Of a stretch of DNA of 64,000 bases, positions 19,245 to 29,348 are shown one piece after another; the stretch's first letter is position 1, and every line of letters begins with the position of its first letter. Source of the stretch: Candidatus Hermodarchaeota archaeon (GTDB lineage Archaea; Asgardarchaeota; Hermodarchaeia; Hermodarchaeales; Hermodarchaeaceae); assembly GCA_016839805.1 (NCBI GenBank), contig JAEOTO010000007.1, forward strand, positions 21,171-85,170, read 5' to 3'. The translations under genes and the position numbers were made by a program. The notes under the pieces were generated by a model that saw nothing but the letters and a program-made list of their open reading frames with translations, had not been told where the DNA came from and searched no databases.

Positions 19245-20300
19245 ATGGAGTCGCTGCTAAGAAATTGGAATGGGGAAAGCGTGATTATCCGCTTTGATCG
19301 ACCTTCAGGCGCTTGGATAATCATCGCCATTCATTCGACTTTTCTAGGACCCGCAATAGGTGGCACGCGTATGAAGTCTTATCCGAATTTTAAAGCTGCC
19401 CTAGAGGATGCTCTTCAATTAGCAGCCAGCATGACTTACAAATTTGCAGCAGCTGATTTCCCTTCTGGCGGTGGTAAAGCTGTAATCGCGCTCCCTTCCT
19501 CCTTCGACATACATGAGAGACCGAGCTTATTGCGGCATTATGGGACATTGCTGAAGCAATTAGGTGGGTTGTTTCAAGCTGGACCTGATGTAGGAACCTC
19601 TCCTGCCGATATGGATATTATAGCAGAGACCGGGGCACCATTTGTTTTTTGTCGAACCCCCGAAAAAGGGGGAGCTGGAGGTTCGGGAAAATGGACCGCC
19701 CTAGGCGTCTTTCATGGCATGCAAGCTGTATGCAAACAGCTTTTTGACAATGAATCACTTAGGGAGCGAGTCGTCATGGTTCAGGGAACGGGTAGTGTTG
19801 GTCACCCATTGATTGAGTTACTATTGAAGGATGGAGCTGAGGTATTGTTTAGTGAAGTAAACCAAACGGCTATTCAACATTTCCGCGATAAACTCAAATT
19901 GCCATTTGTCCCACCTAAACGCGTTTATGATACTCCCTGTGACATATTTGCGCCCTGTGCTTTAGGTGGAATTCTTAACAAGGATACGATTCCCCGTCTG
20001 AAATGCACCGCAATTGCTGGAGCCGCCAACAACCAACTCGCTGAACCAACCGATGCTGTGAGACTAATGAAGAGAAATATCTTGTATGCACCTGATTTTA
20101 TAATTAGTATAGGTGGAGCCATGGCAATCATTGGAATTGAGAGAATGGGCTGGTCAACAGATGAAGCCCGAGCGAAAGTAAACTCAATTAAGCAAACAAT
20201 GCTGCGAGTTTTTAAACTGGCTAAAGATGACCATATTACTACTGATGCCGCGGCTAAACGTATAGTTGACTCTCGACTGTCTAGAACTGAAAGTAAATGA
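19245..20300 (+). CDS. Leu/Phe/Val (ELFV-family) amino acid dehydrogenase
   Basis: IAIHST..GPAIGGTRM, MTYK, GGGKAVI, GPDVGT, QGTGSVG, PCALG and GAANNQL motifs. Confidence 0.93.
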   Translation: MESLLRNWNGESVIIRFDRPSGAWIIIAIHSTFLGPAIGGTRMKSYPNFKAALEDALQLAASMTYKFAAADFPSGGGKAVIALPSSFDIHERPSLLRHYGTLLKQLGGLFQAGPDVGTSPADMDIIAETGAPFVFCRTPEKGGAGGSGKWTALGVFHGMQAVCKQLFDNESLRERVVMVQGTGSVGHPLIELLLKDGAEVLFSEVNQTAIQHFRDKLKLPFVPPKRVYDTPCDIFAPCALGGILNKDTIPRLKCTAIAGAANNQLAEPTDAVRLMKRNILYAPDFIISIGGAMAIIGIERMGWSTDEARAKVNSIKQTMLRVFKLAKDDHITTDAAAKRIVDSRLSRTESK

Positions 20301-20343
20301 CGAAAAAGATGTGGGCGGAAAGACTAGATAGGAATAATCAAAA

Positions 20344-20372
20344 TTTCTGGATGAGCCTATTATGACACTTTT
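20344..20372 (+). repeat. 29-bp dispersed direct repeat, copy 2
   Basis: TTTCTGGATGAGCCTATTATGACACTTTT. Confidence 0.8.
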
Positions 20373-20508
20373 CTATGGATATTTTACTTGAATCCGTCTT
20401 GTGGCGTAGGGGCTCATTTTTGCCTGATACGGAAAGCGCTATCTTTGCGTGTGTGCTGCCCCTGGCTAGTGAAATATTGTCTTGTAGCCAGCCAATGCTT
20501 GAATTGCT

Positions 20509-21180
20509 TTAGAATCCAACGGTTTCTCCGAGTAAGATAATTGTTGAATCTGTATGGACAGGTCGGCGTTCAATTATCGTCGTTACATTGCAGATCCTAT
20601 TCGGTGACTCACAATCTGAACAGATACCAGTTTTTGCACATGGCACTTGAAAATTTAAGCGTTTAGCGTTCATTGGAGCCGCGACATATCTGATTCTGTC
20701 CATGGCTTGTTCCACATTCCTGACTATCTTATTTACTCCTGCAATGATGATAACCTTCTGCGGGCCAAAGATCATAGCAGCGACACGTTGACCAGCGTGA
20801 TCAATGTTAACGAGATGGCCTTCCTCTGTGATCGCGTTAGTGCTTGTCAAAAAGATATCCGCGTGTGCCAGCATTTTTCTTGCTTTCATCACGTCTTCCG
20901 GTTTTTGTCTTTTCTTTTGTGCCTCCCAGTGACTAATAATTGTATTTCCTCGTTGTTCAAGGGAATCTACAAGACCAATTTCCCTTATAGTGACAGATCC
21001 TCCAACGCCTACTAAGGCATTAGGAGGAATAAGCTGTAAGACCCTAGCCATAACTTCATTTCTTGTAGGAAAATACATCACGTCAAAGCCATTCTTTTTC
21101 AGTGCAGTCAAGGTTCTTTGAACCTTCTTTTTCCAATACCAGTTCCTAACCTCCTGCCACACTTTTACATCATGCCACAT
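20509..21180 (-). CDS. LUD-domain (LutC/YkgG-like lactate utilization) protein
   Basis: GGSVT, ADIFLTSTNAITEEGHLVNID, GVNKIV and PCAKTGICSDC..RIC motifs. Confidence 0.88.
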   Translation of the reverse strand: MWHDVKVWQEVRNWYWKKKVQRTLTALKKNGFDVMYFPTRNEVMARVLQLIPPNALVGVGGSVTIREIGLVDSLEQRGNTIISHWEAQKKRQKPEDVMKARKMLAHADIFLTSTNAITEEGHLVNIDHAGQRVAAMIFGPQKVIIIAGVNKIVRNVEQAMDRIRYVAAPMNAKRLNFQVPCAKTGICSDCESPNRICNVTTIIERRPVHTDSTIILLGETVGF

Positions 21181-21316
21181 TTTACCACCACATTAAATGC
21201 TAAGTTAACAACCCAAAAATACCTTTCATAGTAGTACTAGCAAAATCAATAGATATTCAGCATCAATCATTGTAAGGAAAAAATCAAAAAAGGTACGAAT
21301 ACATCGATAGTTGAAA

Positions 21317-21366
21317 AATCTGTAAAGGGGCATTATGACACTTTTGCAAATTATTGTAACACTTTT
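21317..21366 (+). repeat. 29-bp dispersed direct repeat, copy 3, plus an adjacent extra right half-site
   Basis: AATCTGTAAAGGGGCATTATGACACTTTT (21317-21345), then ATTGTAACACTTTT (21353-21366). Confidence 0.8.
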
Positions 21367-21519
21367 TGGCAGAATACAATGGTTATTGCATAATCTGAAT
21401 TTGGTTCCTTAGGATTTAAGATGCAGGCGCTCCTCAGGATAAATGAACACTATTCTAGAATTATTACTATTTGATACTGTGAAATCCTGTCATGGCTTTC
21501 CGAGAAAGGGGCTAGGTCC

Positions 21520-22176
21520 TTGCGGCTTATCAGTTCTTTTTTTAATTTTTTTGAAGCAGGACCTTTTTTATTCGATGGTTCAAGCATAGCTGTTGAGGGA
21601 ATATCATTCATTCTTACATTAGTTAGTGGGGTTTTGGTCTTTGGCGTCCTTCGATGGCGAACACACCGTAAGCTTGCACCCTATCTGGTTACGCTGGGCG
21701 TTATGCTCCTTTTCGCGGTGTTGGAAACGTGGATCGTCACGATTTGGCAGCCCGACCTCGGGCGACGTGATCTAGAAGACGCCGTAGCTAAGTTTTTCGC
21801 CTTCCCTTACACCGTAACTATACGTGAAGGCGAGTTTCTATGGATATATTCCTATATCGGTGTACTCATTGAGTGTGGAAACCTTCGATTGTTTCTCTTT
21901 TTATCCCCTACAGTTATTCATGGGTCAGCTGAAATGGTGTTCTGGTTCGCCCAGATCCGGCTGCTGGCCTTCCGCATCGTCATCAGTTTTCACCTCATCG
22001 CCCTCCTCCTCTTCATGCTCATCTTAACCAGCGTCGATATCATCTACAGGCGATTCCACATCCGAGCTGTCACCAAACACTCAAAGGCAGCCCATGAGGG
22101 GTTCTCGTGCAGCTCTGAGGAAGAACGAGCGGATGGTAGTGTTACTCAAACCGCTTCAAGGAACTTAGCTTCTTAG
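21520..22176 (+). CDS. Hypothetical membrane protein
   Basis: Several hydrophobic segments; start uncertain; no recognised family. Confidence 0.5.
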   Translation: MRLISSFFNFFEAGPFLFDGSSIAVEGISFILTLVSGVLVFGVLRWRTHRKLAPYLVTLGVMLLFAVLETWIVTIWQPDLGRRDLEDAVAKFFAFPYTVTIREGEFLWIYSYIGVLIECGNLRLFLFLSPTVIHGSAEMVFWFAQIRLLAFRIVISFHLIALLLFMLILTSVDIIYRRFHIRAVTKHSKAAHEGFSCSSEEERADGSVTQTASRNLAS

Positions 22177-22266
22177 TTGAGGAGCACCGGTTAGAGTGGT
22201 AGTACTGAAGTTTTGGTGGGTACAATACACGTAGCGTGCGGTATTTCCTTTTTTAATCGGTTGCAG

Positions 22267-22295
22267 AATCTGGATAATCCCATTGTGACACTTTC
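22267..22295 (+). repeat. 29-bp dispersed direct repeat, copy 4
   Basis: AATCTGGATAATCCCATTGTGACACTTTT. Confidence 0.8.
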
Positions 22296-22549
22296 TCTTT
22301 TGATTATTCACATGAGGCAATATTGCAAAGTGGGACCATTAGGATGAATATAGAAAATTGGTTTCTCATTTTCATCCGACAAAGAAGGTTAGCTTTAACG
22401 CGTCAAATCTATCTATTAAGAGTATTGTTTCTTTTCCTTTGAATCAGAAATAAACTGTCAAGTAGTTCGACACATTTAAGACTGAACTTTGGAATCGTTC
22501 AAATGATTACTCGTAGTTGAGTAATTGTTTAAATATCGAGGTTTCAAAC

Positions 22550-23710
22550 ATGCGTATTACTCGAAATTTTCTCTTATTCTTAGCAATGTGTACTTTGCTT
22601 CTACCGTTTTTCTCAATTGGTTTTTCAGGGATTCAAATGGCGCCTTCAATGACTGTAATGGCCCTGCCTGCTCCAACACTTACACCACGAATTCTTTACT
22701 TTACTCAGTTTGCTGATAATACTCCTGCTGGCGAAGTACAGAATGTCTGGGGGGCGATTAATGATACTCATGGAACCAATTATGTTCGAACCAACCTAAC
22801 TTCCTACACGGATCTTGCTAGCGAGCTCCCGAACTGTGATATTCTTCTCATTCCCGAACAAGAGCAGATTTATTCAGAAAATATCACCGCTATTGCGCCA
22901 ACTTGGCTAACGCCACTTAACACCTTCCTGAGTCAAGGTGGAATTATAATCGGCATGACCTACTCCAGTGATAACTTCGGACCTATTGCCACTGCGCATA
23001 TACTCAATGACACGGGATTAATGGATATTCAGGGATCATCACCTATGACAGGGTCACCGGTCACTATTCTTGACGCTACAGATCCCCTTGTTGATGGGGT
23101 AAGTGCATTTACCGCTCCAGATGGCAGTGTAGATTTCATTACTACAGAAACCGGAATTGTGGCGAATACCACTTTGGGACCAATCCTTCTTCACAAACAG
23201 AGTAGTCTTGGGCACATCGTTCTGATGGGAATGGATTTCTTTGCACGAGATTCTGAAGCTGACAAAATTCTTGGCAACGCCATCCGATTATACCAACCAC
23301 CTTCAGCACCGGTTCTAAATGATCCAGGGGTTACGATTTCAGGATTTCAGGTCCCACTTACTTGGACTGCGGCAACAGACACCGATGGTATTATTGACCA
23401 TTATGAAGTGCAGGCTAGCGCTGATGCCGGCTTTTCCATTATTGGTCAAAGTGATACCACAACGATGTTGAATTACAGTTTTACCTTTTTGTCAAATGGA
23501 ACCTATTATTTCCGCGTTCTAGCTGTTGACAATAATACATTAGAAGGTCCATGGAGTACTGTGGTAAGTACCTATATTGAACTCCCACCCTTAACTTTTC
23601 CAACTGGTATTCCGGGGTTCCCGATTGAAGCGATAGCTCTGGGGCTAGTACTTTCATTGGGAATAATTTTCGTCGTACGCCATCATAAACAGCAAAAGGT
23701 ATCTTCATAG
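22550..23710 (+). CDS. Surface protein with GATase/DUF4350-like domain, fibronectin type III domain and PGF/Loki-CTERM-type tail
   Basis: Signal peptide MRITRNFLLFL; DILLIPEQE..FLSQGG; FN3 pattern LTW..YEVQ..YYFRVLAVD..GPWS; IPGFPI-TM-basic tail. Confidence 0.8.
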   Translation: MRITRNFLLFLAMCTLLLPFFSIGFSGIQMAPSMTVMALPAPTLTPRILYFTQFADNTPAGEVQNVWGAINDTHGTNYVRTNLTSYTDLASELPNCDILLIPEQEQIYSENITAIAPTWLTPLNTFLSQGGIIIGMTYSSDNFGPIATAHILNDTGLMDIQGSSPMTGSPVTILDATDPLVDGVSAFTAPDGSVDFITTETGIVANTTLGPILLHKQSSLGHIVLMGMDFFARDSEADKILGNAIRLYQPPSAPVLNDPGVTISGFQVPLTWTAATDTDGIIDHYEVQASADAGFSIIGQSDTTTMLNYSFTFLSNGTYYFRVLAVDNNTLEGPWSTVVSTYIELPPLTFPTGIPGFPIEAIALGLVLSLGIIFVVRHHKQQKVSS

Positions 23711-23737
23711 GGAGATACCTTCTATCCTTTCTTTTTT
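23696..23737 (+). terminator. Hairpin plus T-tract
   Basis: AAGGTATCTTC-ATAG-GGAGATACCTT followed by CTTTCTTTTTT. Confidence 0.6.
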
Positions 23738-23914
23738 GGTTAGATTGTTATCATTTCGCCTACTCTAATGATCATATCAAGGTGTCTATGTGAGGATTTC
23801 GAACGATGTGGGTTTTACATTTCAAAACTTGTTTTACCTGTGTCCCATTTGTCTAAGCCGACTATGAATTCTGGATGTTTCCTTAATTAGAGGAGTATCA
23901 ACACTATACAAGAG

Positions 23915-24325
23915 CTATGCTCCTGCTTCAGATCTCTTCGACACTAGACCACCAATGAGTCCGATGAGGCCAGGTAAGAATCCAATGATAAAGGGGAAAA
24001 TTCCCAGTATCAAGCTTATGATACCAGTAATAATTATGCCCATTTTGTGTTCACCAGGATGTCGGAACCAACGGAACCATAGTATCATTGTTATAAGAGA
24101 CCATACTCCCTGAGCTGCGGAGATTACCATAATTGGAACACCAGTGATAAACCAGTAAGCCATTATGTCTGGATGATAATCTGGTGAGCTGGGAACAAAC
24201 CAACCCGTCCAATAGTAATTCAGATGCAACAAATAGAACAGTGCAAAAATAGTGAATGAAGCAAGCATTCCTAGGAGGTGAAGTACTGCTCCTGCGAGGA
24301 CATAATTTGAACCTTTTTCAGACAT
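23915..24325 (-). CDS. Small multi-TM membrane protein
   Basis: Hydrophobic helices; W..HPGEHK..GFLPGL motif shared with the frameshifted gene at 32680. Confidence 0.75.
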   Translation of the reverse strand: MSEKGSNYVLAGAVLHLLGMLASFTIFALFYLLHLNYYWTGWFVPSSPDYHPDIMAYWFITGVPIMVISAAQGVWSLITMILWFRWFRHPGEHKMGIIITGIISLILGIFPFIIGFLPGLIGLIGGLVSKRSEAGA

Positions 24326-24717
24326 TACTCTGTTCCCTCCATTCCAGTTGGTAACGTAGCTTCTTTGGCTAGATGTATAAAGCTGTTTGCTATTAAGAAA
24401 AAACTGTATTTCAAAGTTTAATATCCACTTTACGAACCGCTCTTTTTCCTTTACACAATGCCAAATACATGTGTTTTTTCTCGTATGATATATAAGGTAG
24501 AACAGGCAATTCTATCTCAGTGCTGGGAAGATTGGTTTCAATGAAGTGGCTAAGTGACAACTTAAACGATGAGCGTAGTTTTACTTCTTCTAAGCACTAG
24601 TGAAGGCTTTCCGAAGGTTGTATTTAGACATGCTGTTACGGCCCTCTCTTGCATTTCATCAAGAAATGCGTACTACTACTCTTCGGAAGCGTTCCTCATA
24701 ATAAAGGAGAGATTTCA

Positions 24718-27700
24718 ATGAAACAATTTCAAAACAGAAGTAATCGACTACGATTACTCCTTTTCGTTCTCTTGTTATCCATTTCAGCTCTAAGTGTTCC
24801 TTACTATTATTCCAATGCACTCCCGATGAGCGCAAATAACGGCATTCACTCAGAACAGAATTTGGTCTCAACTGCAAGTGCTTTCTCCAAAATCCCATCT
24901 ACACGATCGACTGATAGACAAGTATCTTCCGTAATTAATTTCGTTTCACAGCAGGAGATGCCTTCTAGGGTGTTATTGGGAAAATCTAGTTCCTCTCCCT
25001 TGACATATGGCACACCACATGGCCCGATCATCATTACCAGTGATTCTAATTTCGCAACCCAGGCTGGTAATGAAATGTGGCCAGGGAATGGAAGTAGCAG
25101 TAACCCCTATATTATCGCGAGTTTTGATGTCGATGTTGCTGGAGGTAATTACGGGATTCATATCAGTGATACCACTGTGTATTTCATAATCCAGCATTGT
25201 TTCCTTCAAGACGCTATCATTGCTTGTATCTTTCTTGAACGCGTCCAAAATGGACAACTATTCAATAATACGTGCTATGATTATGACACTGGTATCCTTC
25301 TCGAAGATTCAGATGATAATCGAATAACTAATAACAACTGTACCATGAGCAAATTTGGCGGATACGGAATCGATCTTGATGATTCACACTATAACGTGAT
25401 CGCAAATAACACCTGTTCAGACAACGATAGTCGCGGTATCTATCTTTATTGGTCAGATTTTTGTCAGCTAATTAATAACACCTGCTATGCCAATGATAGG
25501 GGTATCATTACAAATGTGGCTGATCACACCACGCTCACTGACAACACCTGTTATAGTAATACCTTACGTGGTATTGTCATCTGGGGCGGGGATCAGCTCA
25601 CTGTCGCAAATAATACGGTTTACAATACAGGGGCATGGGGGTTTGAAATTGACGCTGTATATGATAGTACCTTCTCAGACAATCTCTGTTACCAAAATAG
25701 TCATGGAATGTACATTGAAGGTAATTCACAAGAAAATCAAATTAGTGATAATACTTGTTATCTTAATGATTACGGCATCTTTCTTAGTGGCTCACGCACC
25801 AACAGTATCGTCAACAATAACTGTAGCGACAATAATCTTGCTGGAATATCTTTGTCTAATTCAGATTTGAATACTTTGAGCGACAATATCTGTGAAACTA
25901 ATCTTGAAAATGGCATTAGTCTTACTAACTCGGATTCTAACACCTTAGACTACAATAACTGCTCAAGTAACACATTGAATGGCATTCACCTCATTAATTC
26001 TATTTCCAATAGACTGACTGATAACATCTGTCAGGACAGTGATATCGGAATCAATGTGGAATATTCACCGAGAAACGAGCTCATTGATAACTTATGCCAG
26101 GTCAATGACTATGGTATTTTACTCAACAATTCAAAATTCAATCAACTCAGTCACAATACCTGTGAATCTAATAACATCGTAGGCATCCGCCTCTACCAAG
26201 TCAATTCCTCAACTGTTATTTACAACGACGTGAAAACGAATAATATTGGCATTCTCCTCGAAGAATCAGATTCCAACAAGATCTACTATAACACCTTTGA
26301 AGATAACACTGGCTATGGTGTTCGAGTTATAGGATTTTCACATTTCAATCAAATCAAGTGGAACCTCTTACAGACCAACGTAAACAATGCTTTGGACAAC
26401 TGCACCAATAATTTGTTTGATTACAACTATTGGTCTAACTATACAGGTCCAGATGCCAATTCAGACGGCATTGGAGATATTCCCCATCCGATTCCAGGTT
26501 GGGGGAATAATACTGACCCTCATCCAGCATTGATTTCACCACTGCCACCAACATGGCTACAACCGCTCGTTAACCAAACCGTTGAATTAGGAACATCCTT
26601 TACCTATGATGTCGATGCTGACGCTATTGCTCCCATGGATACATATTGGATCAACAACACACTCTACTTTACGATTGATGATAGCGGTGTGATTAGCAAC
26701 AAAGGCCTCATACCAATAGGAACCTATTGGCTACTCATTATTGCCACGAACGTGTATCAAGCCCAACTAACAGGAATTTTCAATGTGACAGTGGTGGACA
26801 CCACACCTCCCATCTGGTACGAACAGCCACAAGACATGATAATTCATCATGACCAAGATGTTGCCTACCAGGTACCCTTACCCTTTGACCTTTCTGGAAT
26901 ACTGTATATCTGGCTTGAAGGATCGGGATCCTCAAGGTTTGATATCAATGCAACTGGATATCTTACCAATAATATGTCACTATTCCCTGAGGTTTACAAC
27001 ATCACAGTAGTTGCTGAAGACCCATATCACAACTATAATTCCGTAACCTTCTTCATCGATGCAAAAGAATACATTTTCACTCCTCCTGAAGTACCATGGG
27101 CAGAAATTAATTTCTGGGTGATACTACTCTGTTCAATCATTGGAGGAGTAGTCATACTATATCTCAGCGTCCTCATCATAATGAACTTCAGAAAAACTCG
27201 TGTCCCCAAGTCATCAACAAACTTACTTCGACTCCAGACCCCCATACTTCTCATTGTTCTAATACTACTATTGATTTTTGCACCCCTAATGCACGCAGTT
27301 ATTCAAGGAGGCACTCAACCCACCGGAAGAAGCGGAATCACCACCAATCAAACAACACCATTTACTAGTCTAACCGTAGACAGTAAACAAGATCCAATGG
27401 TTCCTAGTTCGCCATTTTCCAATCCCTACATGATTTGGAATCAAACCTTCTCATTTTCAGATTGGGATGATGGTCGATCACTTGTAGCATGTAGTGATGG
27501 AGGATACCTTATCGTGGGACGTACCAGTACAGCAACAAATACTGATTTCTTAACGATACGAACTGATGCTAATGGGAATCACCTATGGAATCGAACCTTT
27601 GGAGGTCCTGATCATGACTATCCTGAACAAGGGATTGAATGCAGTGATGGTGGCTTCGCCATCATTGGATATACAGATAGCTTCGGTCTTTCCACCGGCG

Positions 27701-29133
27701 CTGTAATTCTCTTACGGTATGATGCCAGCGGGAACCTCCTATGGAACCAAACATATGACGGAAGTAACTCTGATTACGGTTATTCTTTAACTGAGTATTC
27801 AGGTGGAGGCTACTTGCTAACAGGTTACACATACAGTTATGGTACAAATGGTGACATGTGGCTGATTCGTGTAGATTCCAGTGGTACCCATTTATGGAAT
27901 CAGACCTACGGCGGAGCAGCCTATGATACTGGGCAATCGATTGTCGAGTGCAGTACTGGAGGTTTTGCCATTGCAGGTAGAACTGGTAGTTTTGGTGTAG
28001 GAACCGATATCTGGCTTGTACGTACACTAGCAGATGGTACAGCGATTTGGAATGCTACTTACGGTGGCTCCAGTTATGAATATGGAAACCAACTGCTTGA
28101 AACCACCGATGGTGGCTTTGCAATATTAGGAAACACCAATTCTTTTGGCGCTGGTGGATCGGATGGTTGGGTGGTCCGTACCAATGATACAGGAATTACT
28201 TTATGGAATCAGACTTTCGGTGGTGCTGATTACGATGAGTTTTATTCAATTTCTCCATGCCCATCTGGCGGATTTATCGTAGTTGGAGAAACATATGGCT
28301 TTGGACCCGGTTTAATGGATGCGACGTTATACCGGATTAATTCAGCTGGTCACCATCTCTGGAATCAAACCTTTGGCGGCATTGAATCCGATGTTGGCTT
28401 CTCTGTAGTGAATGCTAGTTCTGGTGGTTATGTGTTTGTAGGCTATCTGCGACCAAGTCCATCAGAAACCGTTGTTTGGCTGGTTCATATGTCACCCATT
28501 GCCTGGTGGCCTATACCAGTCGATATGGTCATCGAGACAGATTCTATATATCACTTTGATGTTACAGTTCAAACTCTTTCTACAATCGATTCTTGGTTGC
28601 TCAATGATTTAACTCACTTTTCAATGCAATCGATCGAATATTCTAAAGGCGGTATTGCCCGAATAACTACTATTGGTTCACCAAGCCCGAACACCTATAA
28701 TCTCGCATTGCGAGTAAACGATACCAACGGCGATTACATACGGGTAAACTTCGCCCTGACCATAACGGCTGTCAGCCCTCCAACATGGGTTGCAGCCCCA
28801 ACTGACCATAGCATCATCTTTGGTGAGCGATTCCAAGATCAACTCAATGCAACTGATGAAAGTGGTATTGATCATTGGTGGCTTAATGATACAGAACACT
28901 TCTCGATCAATATGTTTGGTGTCATAAGGGATAATGCCATTCTTCCGATTGGTATCTACGCTGTTCAGGTTTCAGTCAACGATACCCTTGGCAATACCTT
29001 ATCAGGCGATTTCATTCTTACGGTGATAGCTGGTATACCTCCAATACCATGGCTTCCTACAGTTCTCGCAGTTACACTACTTGTCGTCATTATTGTTGTA
29101 TTATTCGTAATTTATCAGAAAGTACGCAAATAA
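24718..29133 (+). CDS. Large surface protein: NosD/right-handed beta-helix, Ig/cadherin-like domains, two internal TMs, beta-propeller-like repeats, C-terminal TM
   Basis: GxGSSSNPYII lead-in, many GIxL..S..N.I..N.C repeats, NYWSNY..D..DGIGD, and WNQTY/FGG..DGG repeats. Start placed at ATG 24718; the ORF track starts at 24649. Confidence 0.85.
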   Translation: MKQFQNRSNRLRLLLFVLLLSISALSVPYYYSNALPMSANNGIHSEQNLVSTASAFSKIPSTRSTDRQVSSVINFVSQQEMPSRVLLGKSSSSPLTYGTPHGPIIITSDSNFATQAGNEMWPGNGSSSNPYIIASFDVDVAGGNYGIHISDTTVYFIIQHCFLQDAIIACIFLERVQNGQLFNNTCYDYDTGILLEDSDDNRITNNNCTMSKFGGYGIDLDDSHYNVIANNTCSDNDSRGIYLYWSDFCQLINNTCYANDRGIITNVADHTTLTDNTCYSNTLRGIVIWGGDQLTVANNTVYNTGAWGFEIDAVYDSTFSDNLCYQNSHGMYIEGNSQENQISDNTCYLNDYGIFLSGSRTNSIVNNNCSDNNLAGISLSNSDLNTLSDNICETNLENGISLTNSDSNTLDYNNCSSNTLNGIHLINSISNRLTDNICQDSDIGINVEYSPRNELIDNLCQVNDYGILLNNSKFNQLSHNTCESNNIVGIRLYQVNSSTVIYNDVKTNNIGILLEESDSNKIYYNTFEDNTGYGVRVIGFSHFNQIKWNLLQTNVNNALDNCTNNLFDYNYWSNYTGPDANSDGIGDIPHPIPGWGNNTDPHPALISPLPPTWLQPLVNQTVELGTSFTYDVDADAIAPMDTYWINNTLYFTIDDSGVISNKGLIPIGTYWLLIIATNVYQAQLTGIFNVTVVDTTPPIWYEQPQDMIIHHDQDVAYQVPLPFDLSGILYIWLEGSGSSRFDINATGYLTNNMSLFPEVYNITVVAEDPYHNYNSVTFFIDAKEYIFTPPEVPWAEINFWVILLCSIIGGVVILYLSVLIIMNFRKTRVPKSSTNLLRLQTPILLIVLILLLIFAPLMHAVIQGGTQPTGRSGITTNQTTPFTSLTVDSKQDPMVPSSPFSNPYMIWNQTFSFSDWDDGRSLVACSDGGYLIVGRTSTATNTDFLTIRTDANGNHLWNRTFGGPDHDYPEQGIECSDGGFAIIGYTDSFGLSTGAVILLRYDASGNLLWNQTYDGSNSDYGYSLTEYSGGGYLLTGYTYSYGTNGDMWLIRVDSSGTHLWNQTYGGAAYDTGQSIVECSTGGFAIAGRTGSFGVGTDIWLVRTLADGTAIWNATYGGSSYEYGNQLLETTDGGFAILGNTNSFGAGGSDGWVVRTNDTGITLWNQTFGGADYDEFYSISPCPSGGFIVVGETYGFGPGLMDATLYRINSAGHHLWNQTFGGIESDVGFSVVNASSGGYVFVGYLRPSPSETVVWLVHMSPIAWWPIPVDMVIETDSIYHFDVTVQTLSTIDSWLLNDLTHFSMQSIEYSKGGIARITTIGSPSPNTYNLALRVNDTNGDYIRVNFALTITAVSPPTWVAAPTDHSIIFGERFQDQLNATDESGIDHWWLNDTEHFSINMFGVIRDNAILPIGIYAVQVSVNDTLGNTLSGDFILTVIAGIPPIPWLPTVLAVTLLVVIIVVLFVIYQKVRK

Positions 29134-29137
29134 TTCA

Positions 29138-29172
29138 GGGAGCCCCCTCAGGGCTCCCCTTACAACTTTTTT
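29138..29172 (+). terminator. GC hairpin plus T-tract
   Basis: GGGAGCCC-CCTCA-GGGCTCCC followed by CTTACAACTTTTTT. Confidence 0.72.
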
Positions 29173-29348
29173 GGCTGATTGAAAGAAAGCATTTTCTATG
29201 AATCAACGCCAGAACATCTGTTATCTGAATAAAACGACTGTATCGTGAAGTTAATGTTTTATAGAACATAGGAAGCAGTACACTAGGCGCATAAGGAAGG
29301 TTTCACACACTAGTTGAATCAACTAGTGATAAACACAGCACTTAGATT

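Noticed and set aside
19096-22295. The 29-bp repeats as a CRISPR array
   Set aside because: The intervals are about 1 kb and contain whole genes, the repeats are degenerate, and no cas genes are present.
19096-22295. The repeats as integron attC sites
   Set aside because: There are no RYYYAAC...GTTRRRY ends or long imperfect palindrome, the cassette genes face both directions, and no intI gene is present.
25200-28500. DNA tandem repeats within the large surface-protein gene
   Set aside because: The periodicity is at protein level (beta-helix and propeller repeats); the nucleotide copies are highly diverged.
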